This document shows, piece by piece, positions 13,701 through 25,179 of a stretch of DNA of 64,000 bases. The stretch's first letter is position 1, and every line of letters starts with the position of its first letter. The position numbers and the translations under genes were made by a program. The DNA is from Podarcis pityusensis (Eukaryota): the NCBI GenBank assembly GCA_964106645.2, contig OZ067039.1; one strand, written 5' to 3'. The notes beneath the pieces are model-generated. The model did not search any database. It was not told the origin of the DNA and was given only the letters and a program-made list of their open reading frames with translations.

Positions 13701-16118
13701 AGTTGCCCATGTAGATCTGGACACTATCTCGGTATCTGTTCTGTGAAGGTTTGACTTCACTGAGATTTAAGGTCATTGCTTTCCCCAAAAAATAAAAAAT
13801 AAAAGGGGGAGAAATGTTAAAAATGGAGTCATCAGGCATGAGGCGACAGGCGCCATCAGCAAAGTGCGGTGTCGGCAGGAACTGGCCCCACTCACTAAAT
13901 GACTCGAAAGGGAATGGCCCCATGTTTGTGCTGAGGCGGCAGAGAACGGCAGGGAGAGAGCAAGCCAAGCAAGCCCAAAAACTCCATTAATTAAAGAAAC
14001 TCGTTAATGAGGGACATTTAATCAGTGCAAGATTAGATCCAACTCTGAGCCTTGCCAATGAGGCAGGCAAGGCAGCGTGGGCCAGGCTCCGCAGAAGCAT
14101 CCAGAGCAGAATGGCAAGCTCTAGGTGCATCAGGAACCAGAGAACAGACAGATGTCGGAGCGAGCAGCAGGCTGGGCTTCAGGGAGATTCCCTCGAGGGG
14201 CAGGATCAAGTGGCGTTCTCAGCTCAGAGGCTCGTCCTTGTTTCTTAAGGCATGCATCCAAATGGAAAGTGAAATGCACCACTGCAAGTGGTATGTGTCT
14301 GCTTGCAATTGTATGTCTTCCATATGGTGCTGGATATTTTCCGCATCTCATTTGCACCTGATTCACCTGCAGAAGAATGTTTATTTTGTACACTGCAGAA
14401 GTCTTGCTGGAGAAAGCAGAAATGAAGGAGGGGCTGGGAGGAAGAGCACATGAGCCGGGTCTCCTAAATTCCTAGCCTAGGTCACATCCATGCCACACCT
14501 GTAAAGCACGTGGCTTTCCCACAAAGAATCCTAGGAACTGTAGTTTGCTAAAGGTGCTGGGAATTGTGTTGCAGGGGTTGAGCTAGATGACCCTCCAGGT
14601 CCCTTCCAACTCTACATTTCTATGATACTATGATTCTATGAATTGCAGCTCTGTGAGGTAGTCTTAAATGTGTGTTAAACGTACAGGGTGGCTGTGACCC
14701 GAAAACCTGGTTATATTTGTGTTGATATTGTCAGCTGCTTTGCTCCCCTCCTATCATGCTATCATGCCAGCCTGCTGTTGAGCTTCTAGGTCCTGCATCT
14801 GGGGGCACAAAAGCAGCAGCTGCTTTTGGTTTTGTTAGGCCAGATTTATGAAAAATGAGGTCCAGGAGACTGAAAGAGCCCGTCTAAAAGGTCTGGCCTA
14901 CATGTGCCGCAGAATGAGGCGGTCGAAGCCTAAGGTGGTGGAATGCCCTGTGCTAATTCAAGCTTCAAGTATGAAACTCCTGTGGGTGGGTGTTTTTTTA
15001 ATGGTCTCCTGAAGGAACCCAAAACATCACCTCATTATCCTTGCATTTGTAGACCATACACAGAATGAGGTGGTGGAATTTTTGAATGTATCTCTTTCAC
15101 ACTGCAGGTTGTGGGGGTGGGGTAAAATTTTGGCTGTACCTTGTAAAGCACATCACTACCTGGTAAAATGCATCAATTCCTAACTTGGAGAAAGCAGGAA
15201 AAAATTAAGGTCTTAGTGAATAAAGCCGTAAACAACTTAGGACCAGCCTACTTGAATAACTGCCTTTCTCCATAGATTCCTGCCTGCTCTTTGATAGTGT
15301 TGTTAACTGTTCCTTATGGTGTCTGCCTGGCAGCCACAAGCAATGGGCCATTTAGCCTAGTCACATCAATACTGTGGAATTTGTTGTCTTTGTATATTAG
15401 GCAGGCATCCTCTATGTCTGGTATTAGACACCAGCCAGAAACATTTTTATTTATGCCATCTTCCCCTACCATACGATCCAGTTTTATGTTCTTCTGATCT
15501 TTGTGTTTCTATGTCTTTCCTTTTTATTTGATGTTGCTTTTACATACAGTGCATTGTACCCTACCAAGTTGTCCTGTTAGTGCAAGGGCTTCTATCTGCA
15601 CAGTGGGACTTCCTCTTCCTCTCCTCTACCTGCACGCACACACAGACCTCAGATCTGTTAGGGAAAGAGTTCCACCTCTCCAGAGCCGATTTGGGGGTGG
15701 AGGGCAAGGGAGTGTGTGGAAAGAGGAAGCCCCACTGTGCAGGCAGAAGCCCTTGAACTAACTGGACAACTTTATTAGAGGCAACCCACCGCTTTGAGAT
15801 TATTTTTCTCTCTTCCCCCTACTTTTGATTTAGTGGCTCAGAAATGTATGTATACATAAATAAGTTTCTGCCTATCTATGGACCTTGCTCTGGAGACTGG
15901 AAGCATGGTGTAGCTGAAGGTCCCACCACTGATCTAAGCTGCCCCTAATAAATATTTTCCTCTTAAGATTCAGTGAGTAAGACTTGACACTGTCTGAGAA
16001 GCATTCCTGTCTTTTATCACACTGGCCGTACACTGAACCACCGTGTTGTGAAAGTTACTGTGCCCTTCTACTCCCCGCCTCCTGCCCCCAGCACACCCAT
16101 TTTCATTACAGCATAAAC

Positions 16119-16379
16119 CAGGGGTCGGCAAGGTTGACCTCACCTGGGCCAGTTCACTGCAGTGGAGATCCCTCCATGGGCTGGATTTCCGGCGTCTGCA
16201 CAGACACAATTTCCGGCATCTGCACTGCAGAAGCGAGTTCCCGCACCATGCTGCGCTGGTTTAGCACAGCGCATGGGGACTCTCTGAGCCAGTGGCTCGG
16301 TTCGGGGGTGGCTTGTGGGCCGGTTAAACAACCCCCGTGGGCTGCTTGTGGCCCATGGGCCTTAGGTTGCCTACCCCTG
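16119..16379. mobile_element. hAT-type MITE
   Basis: TIRs CAGGGGTCGGCAA / TTGCCTACCCCTG; perfect 8-bp TSD GCATAAAC (16111-16118, 16380-16387). Confidence 0.9.
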
Positions 16380-19300
16380 GCATAAACCATGGGAGAGCAG
16401 TGGGAGGAAATAGGTTTAAAGGAGAAAGGGTGGGCTGAGACTGTTGGCTGAAGCAATAGTTTGTGCAAAGCAGAGGATGGGAAGCATCATGTGCATCCTG
16501 GGAGGGTGATGGGATGGGATCCGATATGTGAAAAGGATTTCCTACTTGAGCGGATCCCAGCAGGCTCTCATCCCTAATTGGAGTGTGTGTGAGGGAGGAA
16601 ATGAGGAACAAAGCAAGAAAATTCATTAGGGGGCTGTTTAACTCATTCCTGGCACCCTGCACATTCTCTCTTGCAGATGCACCAGCACATACACGCGCAC
16701 ACACATCATGATAATGTCCTTATGTCTCTACTACCAAGAGATTTGCCACTTGGAGCTATAGATCTGGGCAGATGTGTCACAGAGAGACACTCTGGAGATC
16801 AGGTGAACCTAATGGGCCCTGAAAGAAATCATCTTCAAGATGATGAGTGCTGAGACAGGTCAAATTAATAATGGAGATTATCAGGGATGTTGCAGGGAAG
16901 AGAGATTAGAATCTGCAACATCAGGAGACGGCAGGTGTGGCACTTGTTTTGTATTCTCTGTACATTTCCCTGTCCCCTCTGGCATCCCTCCCACCAACCA
17001 TCCGCTCTCCCACCCCCTGCTGCCCCATCTGCTTTACATCTAGAAAGACTCCCACACACTCCACAGGTAGACTGGCAATGGCAAGCCATCGCTGGAAGAT
17101 GTGGTGCGGGTGGGTACAGTGAGAGGCAGAGAAGTGCACACAGTGGGGTAGATGCTGCCCTGGTTTCTCCATTCCTGCTGGAATTTCTCCTCCCCACCCC
17201 ATCCTTACTATCTGGGAACCTCGGCTTGTAACTGGGGCAAAACGAGCCCTTCTCTTGGTGACGCAGCATTGAAAAAGTGAATGTCTCAGCAGAAGCCATT
17301 GATTATGATTGTCAGGTGTCTATTATTTTAAGAGACATCTCCTGTTTTACACAATTGCTTCTAATTCCAGGCTATCACCACACTGCAGACTGTACTGTCT
17401 ATGCTAATTTCAGTACATTATAGTGCTCAGCAGGGCTTGTGTGTGTGTGATATTTATATTAAAAGTTGATCTGATAGCCCCTTTATCAGTTCATATGGCA
17501 GAAGCACTTTTTTCTGTGGAGTGGCGAGAGGAAGCACCTCATGAACACAGGCATCTGCTGAAGAGCACAGGCTAGAAACTGTGGCAGGAAAGCAGTGACG
17601 GTTCAGAATGCAATTCAGTTTGTGTTTTATTCTAAGAAACTTGGTTTTGCACAGTAACAATATGCAAGCGTTACCAAAATCTATGGGAAGTGCAGATCAC
17701 TAGCTTGGCTGGCAAGAAGTGGAAGATAGTTGTAGCTATCCCGCATCATTTGAGGAGGGAGTACTCAGATTCCATTGTTGAGGTACCCATTCCTGTTCTC
17801 TTGTTCAGCACAGTCCATTGTTGAGTCTGCATGCGAGGTGGCATGTGCACACTGCACAAAACACTGGCTGTCTTCTCTTTCATAACTCAGCACATTTTTC
17901 TTATCATTTATTTCGGTTAATTTTGGATTATTTTTTAATGTGGCCATGCTTTCCCACGTTTGGGACACTGAACTCTTGCAGTGCATTCCTCTCCACATCT
18001 GCTCAGAAGCAAGTCCCATTCAGTTTAATGGGACTTACTTCCAGGTAAGTGTCTGTAGCATTGCAGCCTCCTGTCTCTTATTGCATGTCGCACTGCTTCT
18101 TTGAGGGTTTAGAAAGTTTTGTACCTCTCACTTTTAACCTCCACTTCATAGTAAATGAAAGGTGTAGAATGTGACAGTATAATTTTGGGTCCCCATGTAA
18201 AAAAATTATGCTCCCTGTAGTAATTTAGCATATCAGATGTAGATATAGTTAGAATCTAGCCTTTCTGTTGTTCTAGTTTACAGATATTCCAGTATAGTAT
18301 CAGAATGAAACTTTATATATGGAGAGCATTCAGAAATAGAACCTCATCCTACCTGCAGCATGAAGTGATATTGTCAAGAACTTGAGTTTAATATATTATT
18401 TAATATTTGGCAAAGGTTATCTTAATGTTGCAACCTGTACTGTTGTCTGGCAGAATACTAATCATGTAATTCTTGGGAAGACTGGATGATCTGTGATTGT
18501 TCAGCTTCCTTCAAAGCTTGATTTCTGTTTTGTATTGTAAGTGCTAGTTCTAGTGATCTGAGCATCATTTCACCAGGTTAATAAGGAAATGTAGGCATGG
18601 TTTGTGTTTAAATTAAGGCTTATGTCTCCCCTCTCCCCATGTCCCTCCAGTAATGTATAGCTATGGGAAATATGATATTATATAATTGCCTTAATGTTCA
18701 CCTTCCTTTTGTTTCACTTGGCTTTAACCTGCAGGAGGAGGAGAAATACTAATTTTCTTACTTCATACCATGTATTCTTCATTTAGGGAAACGTGTTGGG
18801 AGATGTGGGTTGACAGCACCGAAACAGTACCTTACAACATGTTGTTTGGGCCTAAGTTTTTATTTATGTATAAGAACTGTGGGCTGCCTTACTAATGATA
18901 AAACTAGAAACTGACTCTGTTCCCCATTATATGATTAAGTTGCAGGTACCTGGAGAAATTGTTGCCCAGTCTGTAAATACAGCAATGTCATGGCCTGGTG
19001 GCATGTTGTTGTTTTTAAACATGATCTTAATTTAAAGTATCTCTCAGCATTTCATACCACAAATTAATAAGCAGAAAGATGATGGAAAAATGTGTTAGTG
19101 GCAGCTTTCTTGTGAGAATTGATTTAGTTGGTGGTTTCTTCATTTCATAAAACCTGCATGGAGCTTTCTGCTATATGAAGTCAGAAACTTCATGATGAGT
19201 CCCAGGTAAATAAATTTAAGGTGTATTAAAATATTATTTCATTGCAATATTGTTTTATTTTGTTTTTGGACTTCAGGCTGCTTCACATTACTTCTCATTC

Positions 19301-19380
19301 TGCCATTTATTTGGTGACCCAAGTTTTGAAAACTTCTGTAGGTTTTAAGATGGAATGTATTATTGAGACACATTATCAAG

Positions 19381-20340
19381 AATTGTAAATCATGCATTAA
19401 TGTCTTGAATCCTGTTTCATGGCAATTTAAGCCTCAACCCTGGGTGTCTCTCGCCTGTCATTTTTAAAATCAGTAGAGCTGGCAAATACTTCACCGTTTT
19501 TTGGTATGTATGAGCTTAGTGATGAGAGCCTGTATTGTGAAGATGTGGCAAGGAGGAAATCAGTTTTGTGCTCATAGCTTATTTCATGTTTTTTAAGGTC
19601 AGGAATGGGTAACATAGCGGCCCATGGAGCTGTATTTTTATTGCCTCCTGCATGGACCTTCATTGTGATTTGTGAAGTCCTCTCAGGCCTGCACTGTGTT
19701 CTTCCCAGCCCACAGTAATCAGCATACTGGTGCTACAAACCTTTTTACTCTCGCCCATTTCACATGAAGCATGATGCAACAGAATTTTGGTATCTCTGCA
19801 ATACATTAAGTAGGTGGAGAAAGTCTTCAAATGTTGGAAATCCACAGTGGACATACCTAATTTGACTCCTTTGGCCCAGCTAAGTGAGAGTTAGTAGGGA
19901 AGTGAGCTGATGGGCTGAAGAAGCTGCCAACTTTTACATTAGATATTGCATTATCCTTTTGTTGAGGATGTTGCTGAACAATGGCTTGCTGATGATGCAG
20001 CTATGGAAAATTGCAGAGCACCTACTGTTCCTCACAAGTGACCCAACATTCAGGTTTTTTGTTGTTTGTTTCTACATGTGAGTCAGAACTTATACTCCTT
20101 TTTCCTGGAATGTAACGTATCTCTAGCTAGGGGCAGTTGTGAAGGTCTGCCTATAATTGGCAGTTTCTTATTGAAACTGTTGACTGTGTTTCATGTACCA
20201 CTAAAGGCAGAGGAACCCAAATCTGTGGCCTTTGTTTCCTGCAGAGGGAAGAATACCATGGGTCACCAAATACCTTCATTCCAGTGGTGACAAATGAGGG
20301 CATTATGTAAGACCACTATTTTTAACGTACTGTTAATACC
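19381..20340 (+). pseudogene. Highly decayed dystrophin-family (dystrobrevin/dystrotelin-like) relic: EF-hand region plus ZZ zinc finger
   Basis: Colinear motifs across stops and frameshifts: LAC...LH..LV (from 19450), AHSNQHTGATNLF, EFWYL (19782), DGLKKLPTF (19909), LLFLTSDP (20022), NVTY/AR-GSCEGLPIIG (20109-20161), Y*NC*LCFMY (20169-20198), QICGLCFLQ (20218-20244), GKNTMGHQIP/H/PVV (20246-20289). Confidence 0.55.
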
Positions 20341-20665
20341 ATTATATGACCCCAAATCCTGCTCACCATGGAGTAATATCTTTAAAATGACCAAGAAAAT
20401 ATTCTAAGCAAACGCCAAATGCATACATGCAACTTCTTCCAGAAAAATGTTTAGCTTCTCTGTGAGAAAACAAGCACATTTTACTAATTTCTAACCATGT
20501 TAAATACAAGCAGTTTACTTATACATACATACAGGCCTACGTAATTTATTGTAGTCTCTTTACACCCACACTCAACCCAGTAGGCATTACCCAAGAGGCT
20601 GCCTGGGGTGGCAAAATACTAAGAATGCCAGAGGAGTCTGAAAATCACAAACCAAGAAAATGATC

Positions 20666-21040
20666 TGTGGTCTAAACCACTGAGCCTCTTCAGTTTGCCG
20701 ATCAGGTCGGCAATTTGAATCCACTCTATGGGGTGAGCTCCCATTGCCCTATCCCAGCTTCTGCCAACCTAGCAGTTTAAAAGCATACCAGTGCAAGTAG
20801 ATAAATAGGTACTGCTGCGGCAGGAAGGTAAACGGCATTTTCATGCCCTCTGGTTTCCGTCACAGTGTTCCATTGCACCGGAAGCAGTTTAGTCATGCTG
20901 GCCACATGACCTGGAAAGCTGTCTATGGATAAATGCCAGCTCCCTTGGCCTGAAACGAGATGAGCGCCGCCACCACCCCATAGTCACCTTTGACTGAACT
21001 CAACTGTCCAGGGGTCCTTTACTTTTAACTTTTACCTTTA
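20666..21040 (+). mobile_element. Sauria SINE (Squam1)
   Basis: Characteristic body GGGGTGAGCTCCC..CCAACCTAGCAGTT..AGATAAATAGGTAC..GTCATGCTGGCCACATGAC and ACCTTT-type tail. Confidence 0.85.
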
Positions 21041-21240
21041 TTTGGGACAACAACAAAAATGATATATGCAGTGTTATGACCAGAACATCCAGTAGTGGCT
21101 TTGGTTCCTGATTCAGAGGGAGAGGAGTTAATGGAATTGATTAAACCAGAAGCATAGCCTTAATAGACTCTGGTTCTGTGCCCTGACACAAAACTGAGGC
21201 TGAGTCCAACCACCAGAGTCCCTCTAAATATAAGACCTCA

Positions 21241-21367
21241 CAGTGCTATTTTTCTAGGAAAAAGGGTGCTGGAACTCACCATGAATGCTTCCCTTGTTCT
21301 CTTATAATGGCAATGATGCCCACCTGAGAGGTGTGTAGACTGAGTTCCAGCTGAAAAAAAAGCCCTG
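21241..21367. mobile_element. Short hAT-like MITE
   Basis: CAGTGCTATTTTT ... AAAAAAAGCCCTG; flanks AGACCTCA / GGACCACA (6/8). Confidence 0.55.
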
Positions 21368-24300
21368 GGACCACAGAACCAGGAACCCTTCAGTAACTGC
21401 AGCCTCTGTGCTGGAGCTCACAAAGGGACCAGCATCTTCACACACACACCCCAAAGACCTCAGATGCCACCGAGTCTGTGCACAATTTCAGGCAACAGGT
21501 CCAATGAGAGTTAACAGGGACTGAGTGGCAGGCTTAAGTCCTGAGGGCTGCTGCTTCTAAGGATCTCCATTCTCCAGTAGAACCTGGAAGGGCAATGCAG
21601 GCTGAAGGACTATGTAAGAGCTTGGTTAGCCAAGTGACACTGACACAAAACCCCACACATACGCTAAGCAGAAGAATTGCAGACTTCTGGCTGTCAACAT
21701 ATTGTACTGGAGACCCAGCTGTCCCAATGTTTTCAGTAACTGCTCTGTGGGTCTCATGATCTTGTTGGTGTTGTTCTTCCCAGGTCCCTTGGGTTTTAAA
21801 TTCTGGAGTTTGTTCCCAAAACATGTAGTGATGACCACTAACTTGAATGGCTTGGGGAAAAAGAGACATGTTTATGAAGGGCAAGGCTATAAATGGCTAC
21901 TAGCCATGATGGGGACGTTCTACCTCCACTCTTAGAGTGTGCATTTGAATTCCAGTTGCTGGAAACCACAGCAGCAGAGAGTATTGCTGTACTCAGGTCC
22001 CAGTTGTAATCAGCATCTGGTTGGCCACTGTTATGCTGGACTGGACAGACCTTTGCCCTGATCCATCTGGGATCTTCTTATCTCCCTGTGGAAGTGGCTA
22101 GATAAAAACCTAATATATACAAGATTTTGAAAATCTTCATAGGGGAATCTAGATATCTCAGCATTCTTTTACTTTTTAAAGCACTGCTTTCTAACCCAAT
22201 GACTGCAGATAAAAAAACAATGTGACATCTACTGTGTTTTTGCTGGGTAGGAATCGTTTTTGCTGATGGCATAGGATGAGACTAAGTCTGGATAAGGATT
22301 CCAGCAATCTAGGAGAGGTAAATGGCAGAGGTGCCCAACTACTGCCTCTGGGAAACAAAGCACTTGGTGCAGTCATAGGACTCCATTTCCCACAGTCACA
22401 ATGGCAATGCCATTTACACTCCAGAAATTGGATTGTAGCACAAACATGATCATAGCTTCATAACCATTACTATCACTCAGTACTTTTCCAGCTGAGCTTT
22501 TTTAAAGAAACATCTTAAGTATTCCTTCTGCTTATGCATCTATGCAAAGTGTATTACATGCACAAATCAAGCATGCTATGTAAATTAGCCCAAGATGCAT
22601 ATTTTCTGTTGCCAAGTTAGGGCAAGCGAGTGCATGCAAAACTTAACCTCCTCAACTAGAGGGTGCCACATTTGGCAGGGTAGGTTTCTTAAGCATAATT
22701 TAGTATCCTGTCTTCAGCCAGAGTCTATTGTCAGGTGTGGTGAGATGTGTTAGAAATGCTAAGAATCAGAACCATGGAGAGCTTCCAGTAGAGCTTCCTA
22801 ATGAGGATGAAGTGTTGCTCTAGCACTGGCCAGTAACTGAGGGTAAGGCCTGTGTGAAGCCCTGCCTCCTTGGATGGAACCTGCTTGGAGTTAAAGAGAT
22901 TGTGTCCTGTCATACAGTTGTGCACTCCTGTGTGGTTGGAGAATCTCTTCTGGTCCCAGAAGTTGAAAAGAAGAGTCATTGTGAACTGCTGGTAGTTCAG
23001 GTGTGGAGAGTCATCTGAAGAAGGGGCAGAGCTGCCTTCTTTGGAACCAGGGGATGGAGGCCTATCTGTTAGGGTTCCTCCTCTGCAGAAGCTTCTGTTG
23101 GAAAGTGCCTAATGGAGCACTTTCGGGGCCTAATCATCCAGGTCAGAGTTCTCATTTGACTCTGAGGTGGGTCAGAATCCCAGACCATGACAAGGACTTC
23201 CACGCACATACAAACATTTTGAAGAAAATTTCTATAACCTATTTTTGCCCCAACAGAGACTCCTAACTCAGGATCCTGAGATCCCTGGGTCTGATCACTC
23301 TACTTTCTGTAACAGCTTGAGCCTGATTGCCTGTTTCCTCTCCAGTAAACAACGTGTTTGGCATGATACGTCCTAAGATGCTGTAGTACCAGTAAAACAG
23401 ATGCATGTCTCCCTTTCTCCCCATTCCCCCAGGATGATTGAGTGCTGACTTGGTACAGGAAGAAGCAGAGTAACCCTTGAGTAATTTGCTGATTCAAAAA
23501 TGGTTGTTCCCTGTGTGCTTTTTGAGCCAGCCACCATGTCCCAGGTGAAGAGGGCCTTGCAGCATCCTTTGATGTGGTTAGGAACAGGGCAGCCTTGAGA
23601 CAGGGCATGGGGTGGAAAGGTTTCTCTGTTCAAGCAAGGAAAGCTTGCCTGTCCAAGCCTGTCCCACTGTGATCTTGCCTTGTCATAAATTAACCACACA
23701 CACAATTAAAGAGCCTGTCTCGGCTCCAGGAGCTGCAGATGTATTTCATCCCGGGAGAGAGAAACGGAGAGAGAGAGAGGCACTGCTGTGTGAGGGCTAT
23801 AAAGCATCTGAGAGCAGAACTTGGGCTCCTAGCAGAGGGGCTTGTGGCTGTTTGTCAGCACAAGGCAGGGGACGTGGTGTGGGGGAGAAGAGAGCAGTGA
23901 GGTGTGAAACAGTGTGTTTTTGAGCAAGGGAGAGAAGAGGGCGAGAATTCTGTGCACGATTGTGCCTAGGAGGAGTGTTTGTTTGTGTGTATGGTAGCAT
24001 TAGTAGTTGCTGAACATGGCAATTGCGTAGACCACTTCATTGTGTGGGTTGCTCCCTTAGCATTGACAATGTAATCACACCATTCTCCAGACATTTTTAA
24101 GGATCACCTAATGGCTCATGTGGCATGGAAGCTGACATTCCACGCAGTGTGAGAGATCCAGTAGCAAGCTGGTGGACACTTTGTGGCTGCCATGTGGCAC
24201 AGCTACAAGGCAGAAGGTGTTTCATGCTGCCTCCACATGAATAGCAGCTGTGGGCAGCTGGATCTGTCTGGCGGGCCATGTTTGATAGATGGGCAGAGGC

Positions 24301-24583
24301 GCCCACCTGTCAGTCACCAGATGTCACAATGAAATCAAATTATGCAGACAAAGGAGCAGACTGCAAAGTGTTGATGATCAGCTCATCATTGGGTGTTGCA
24401 AAATGGTGTGCACAGTGCTTTGCAGGTGCTGCCCATCACCTGACAGGCAATGCCTGCAAACTGTCTTTGGGCTCAGCTGCATCTTTACCTGCCCACCACC
24501 ACCACCCCAGTACCATATGTTGTCAGGCAGATGGGAGAGGCTTGGTTGATATGGCCTTGTGAGCCAAATAGGGAGGCCTGCCA

Positions 24584-25179
24584 TGTTAACCAGGTCCAGG
24601 AGGAGCCAGAGGATCCTGACAAGAGCGAGCAGCAGTAAATTACACCAAGCGAGTTAACGCTTTATTAGCAAAACAAGATCTACACAGGAGTGTCAGGCCT
24701 AATGAGCACAGCAACTCCTCTCCATCAGGTCTTGCTCCTTGAAGCAGTTGCCAAGACTAAAGGTTCCTGCCTTCCCACAGTCACCTAAGTCCCCTCCTCT
24801 CCAGGGTTTCTTCCAAGCAATCAGAGACTATGCCTATGTGCTTGGCCTCTCCTGGTTCTGGGAGACTAAGGAGGAGGGTATGTTGTCATAGCAGGAGAGA
24901 GAGACACTCATGCCTCTTCACAAGCCTAACCCATCTCTGCCTCCCTCCTCCTCTTCAGCTTCTGATTCTGGGCTTCTCTCTGCCACAGACTCTCCCTGCT
25001 CACTAAGCACTGTTACCTCTTCAGCTCCCAACACCACCTCTTCCCAGTCTTCTCCCTTTTTTCCTTCTGATCACTCATTGTTGTCCCACTACCAATACCC
25101 AGGTCCTGAGCCTTCTTTCCTTGGGGATTCCCCAGCTGGTTCCTCCCATCATTCTTCTGCATCCAACCAGTCCCTGACT
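24584..25179 (-). mobile_element. Possible solo LTR (Gypsy-like)
   Basis: ~600 bp with purine-rich minus-strand 5' part, minus AATAAA at 24666-24661 and terminal ...GTTAACA; no clear TSD. Confidence 0.35.

Noticed and set aside
18480-19320. C/D box snoRNA candidates (GGATGA..CTGA near 18484-18561; ATGATGA at 19192)
   Set aside because: The first has an imperfect C box and no clear terminal stem; the second has no D box at a suitable distance.
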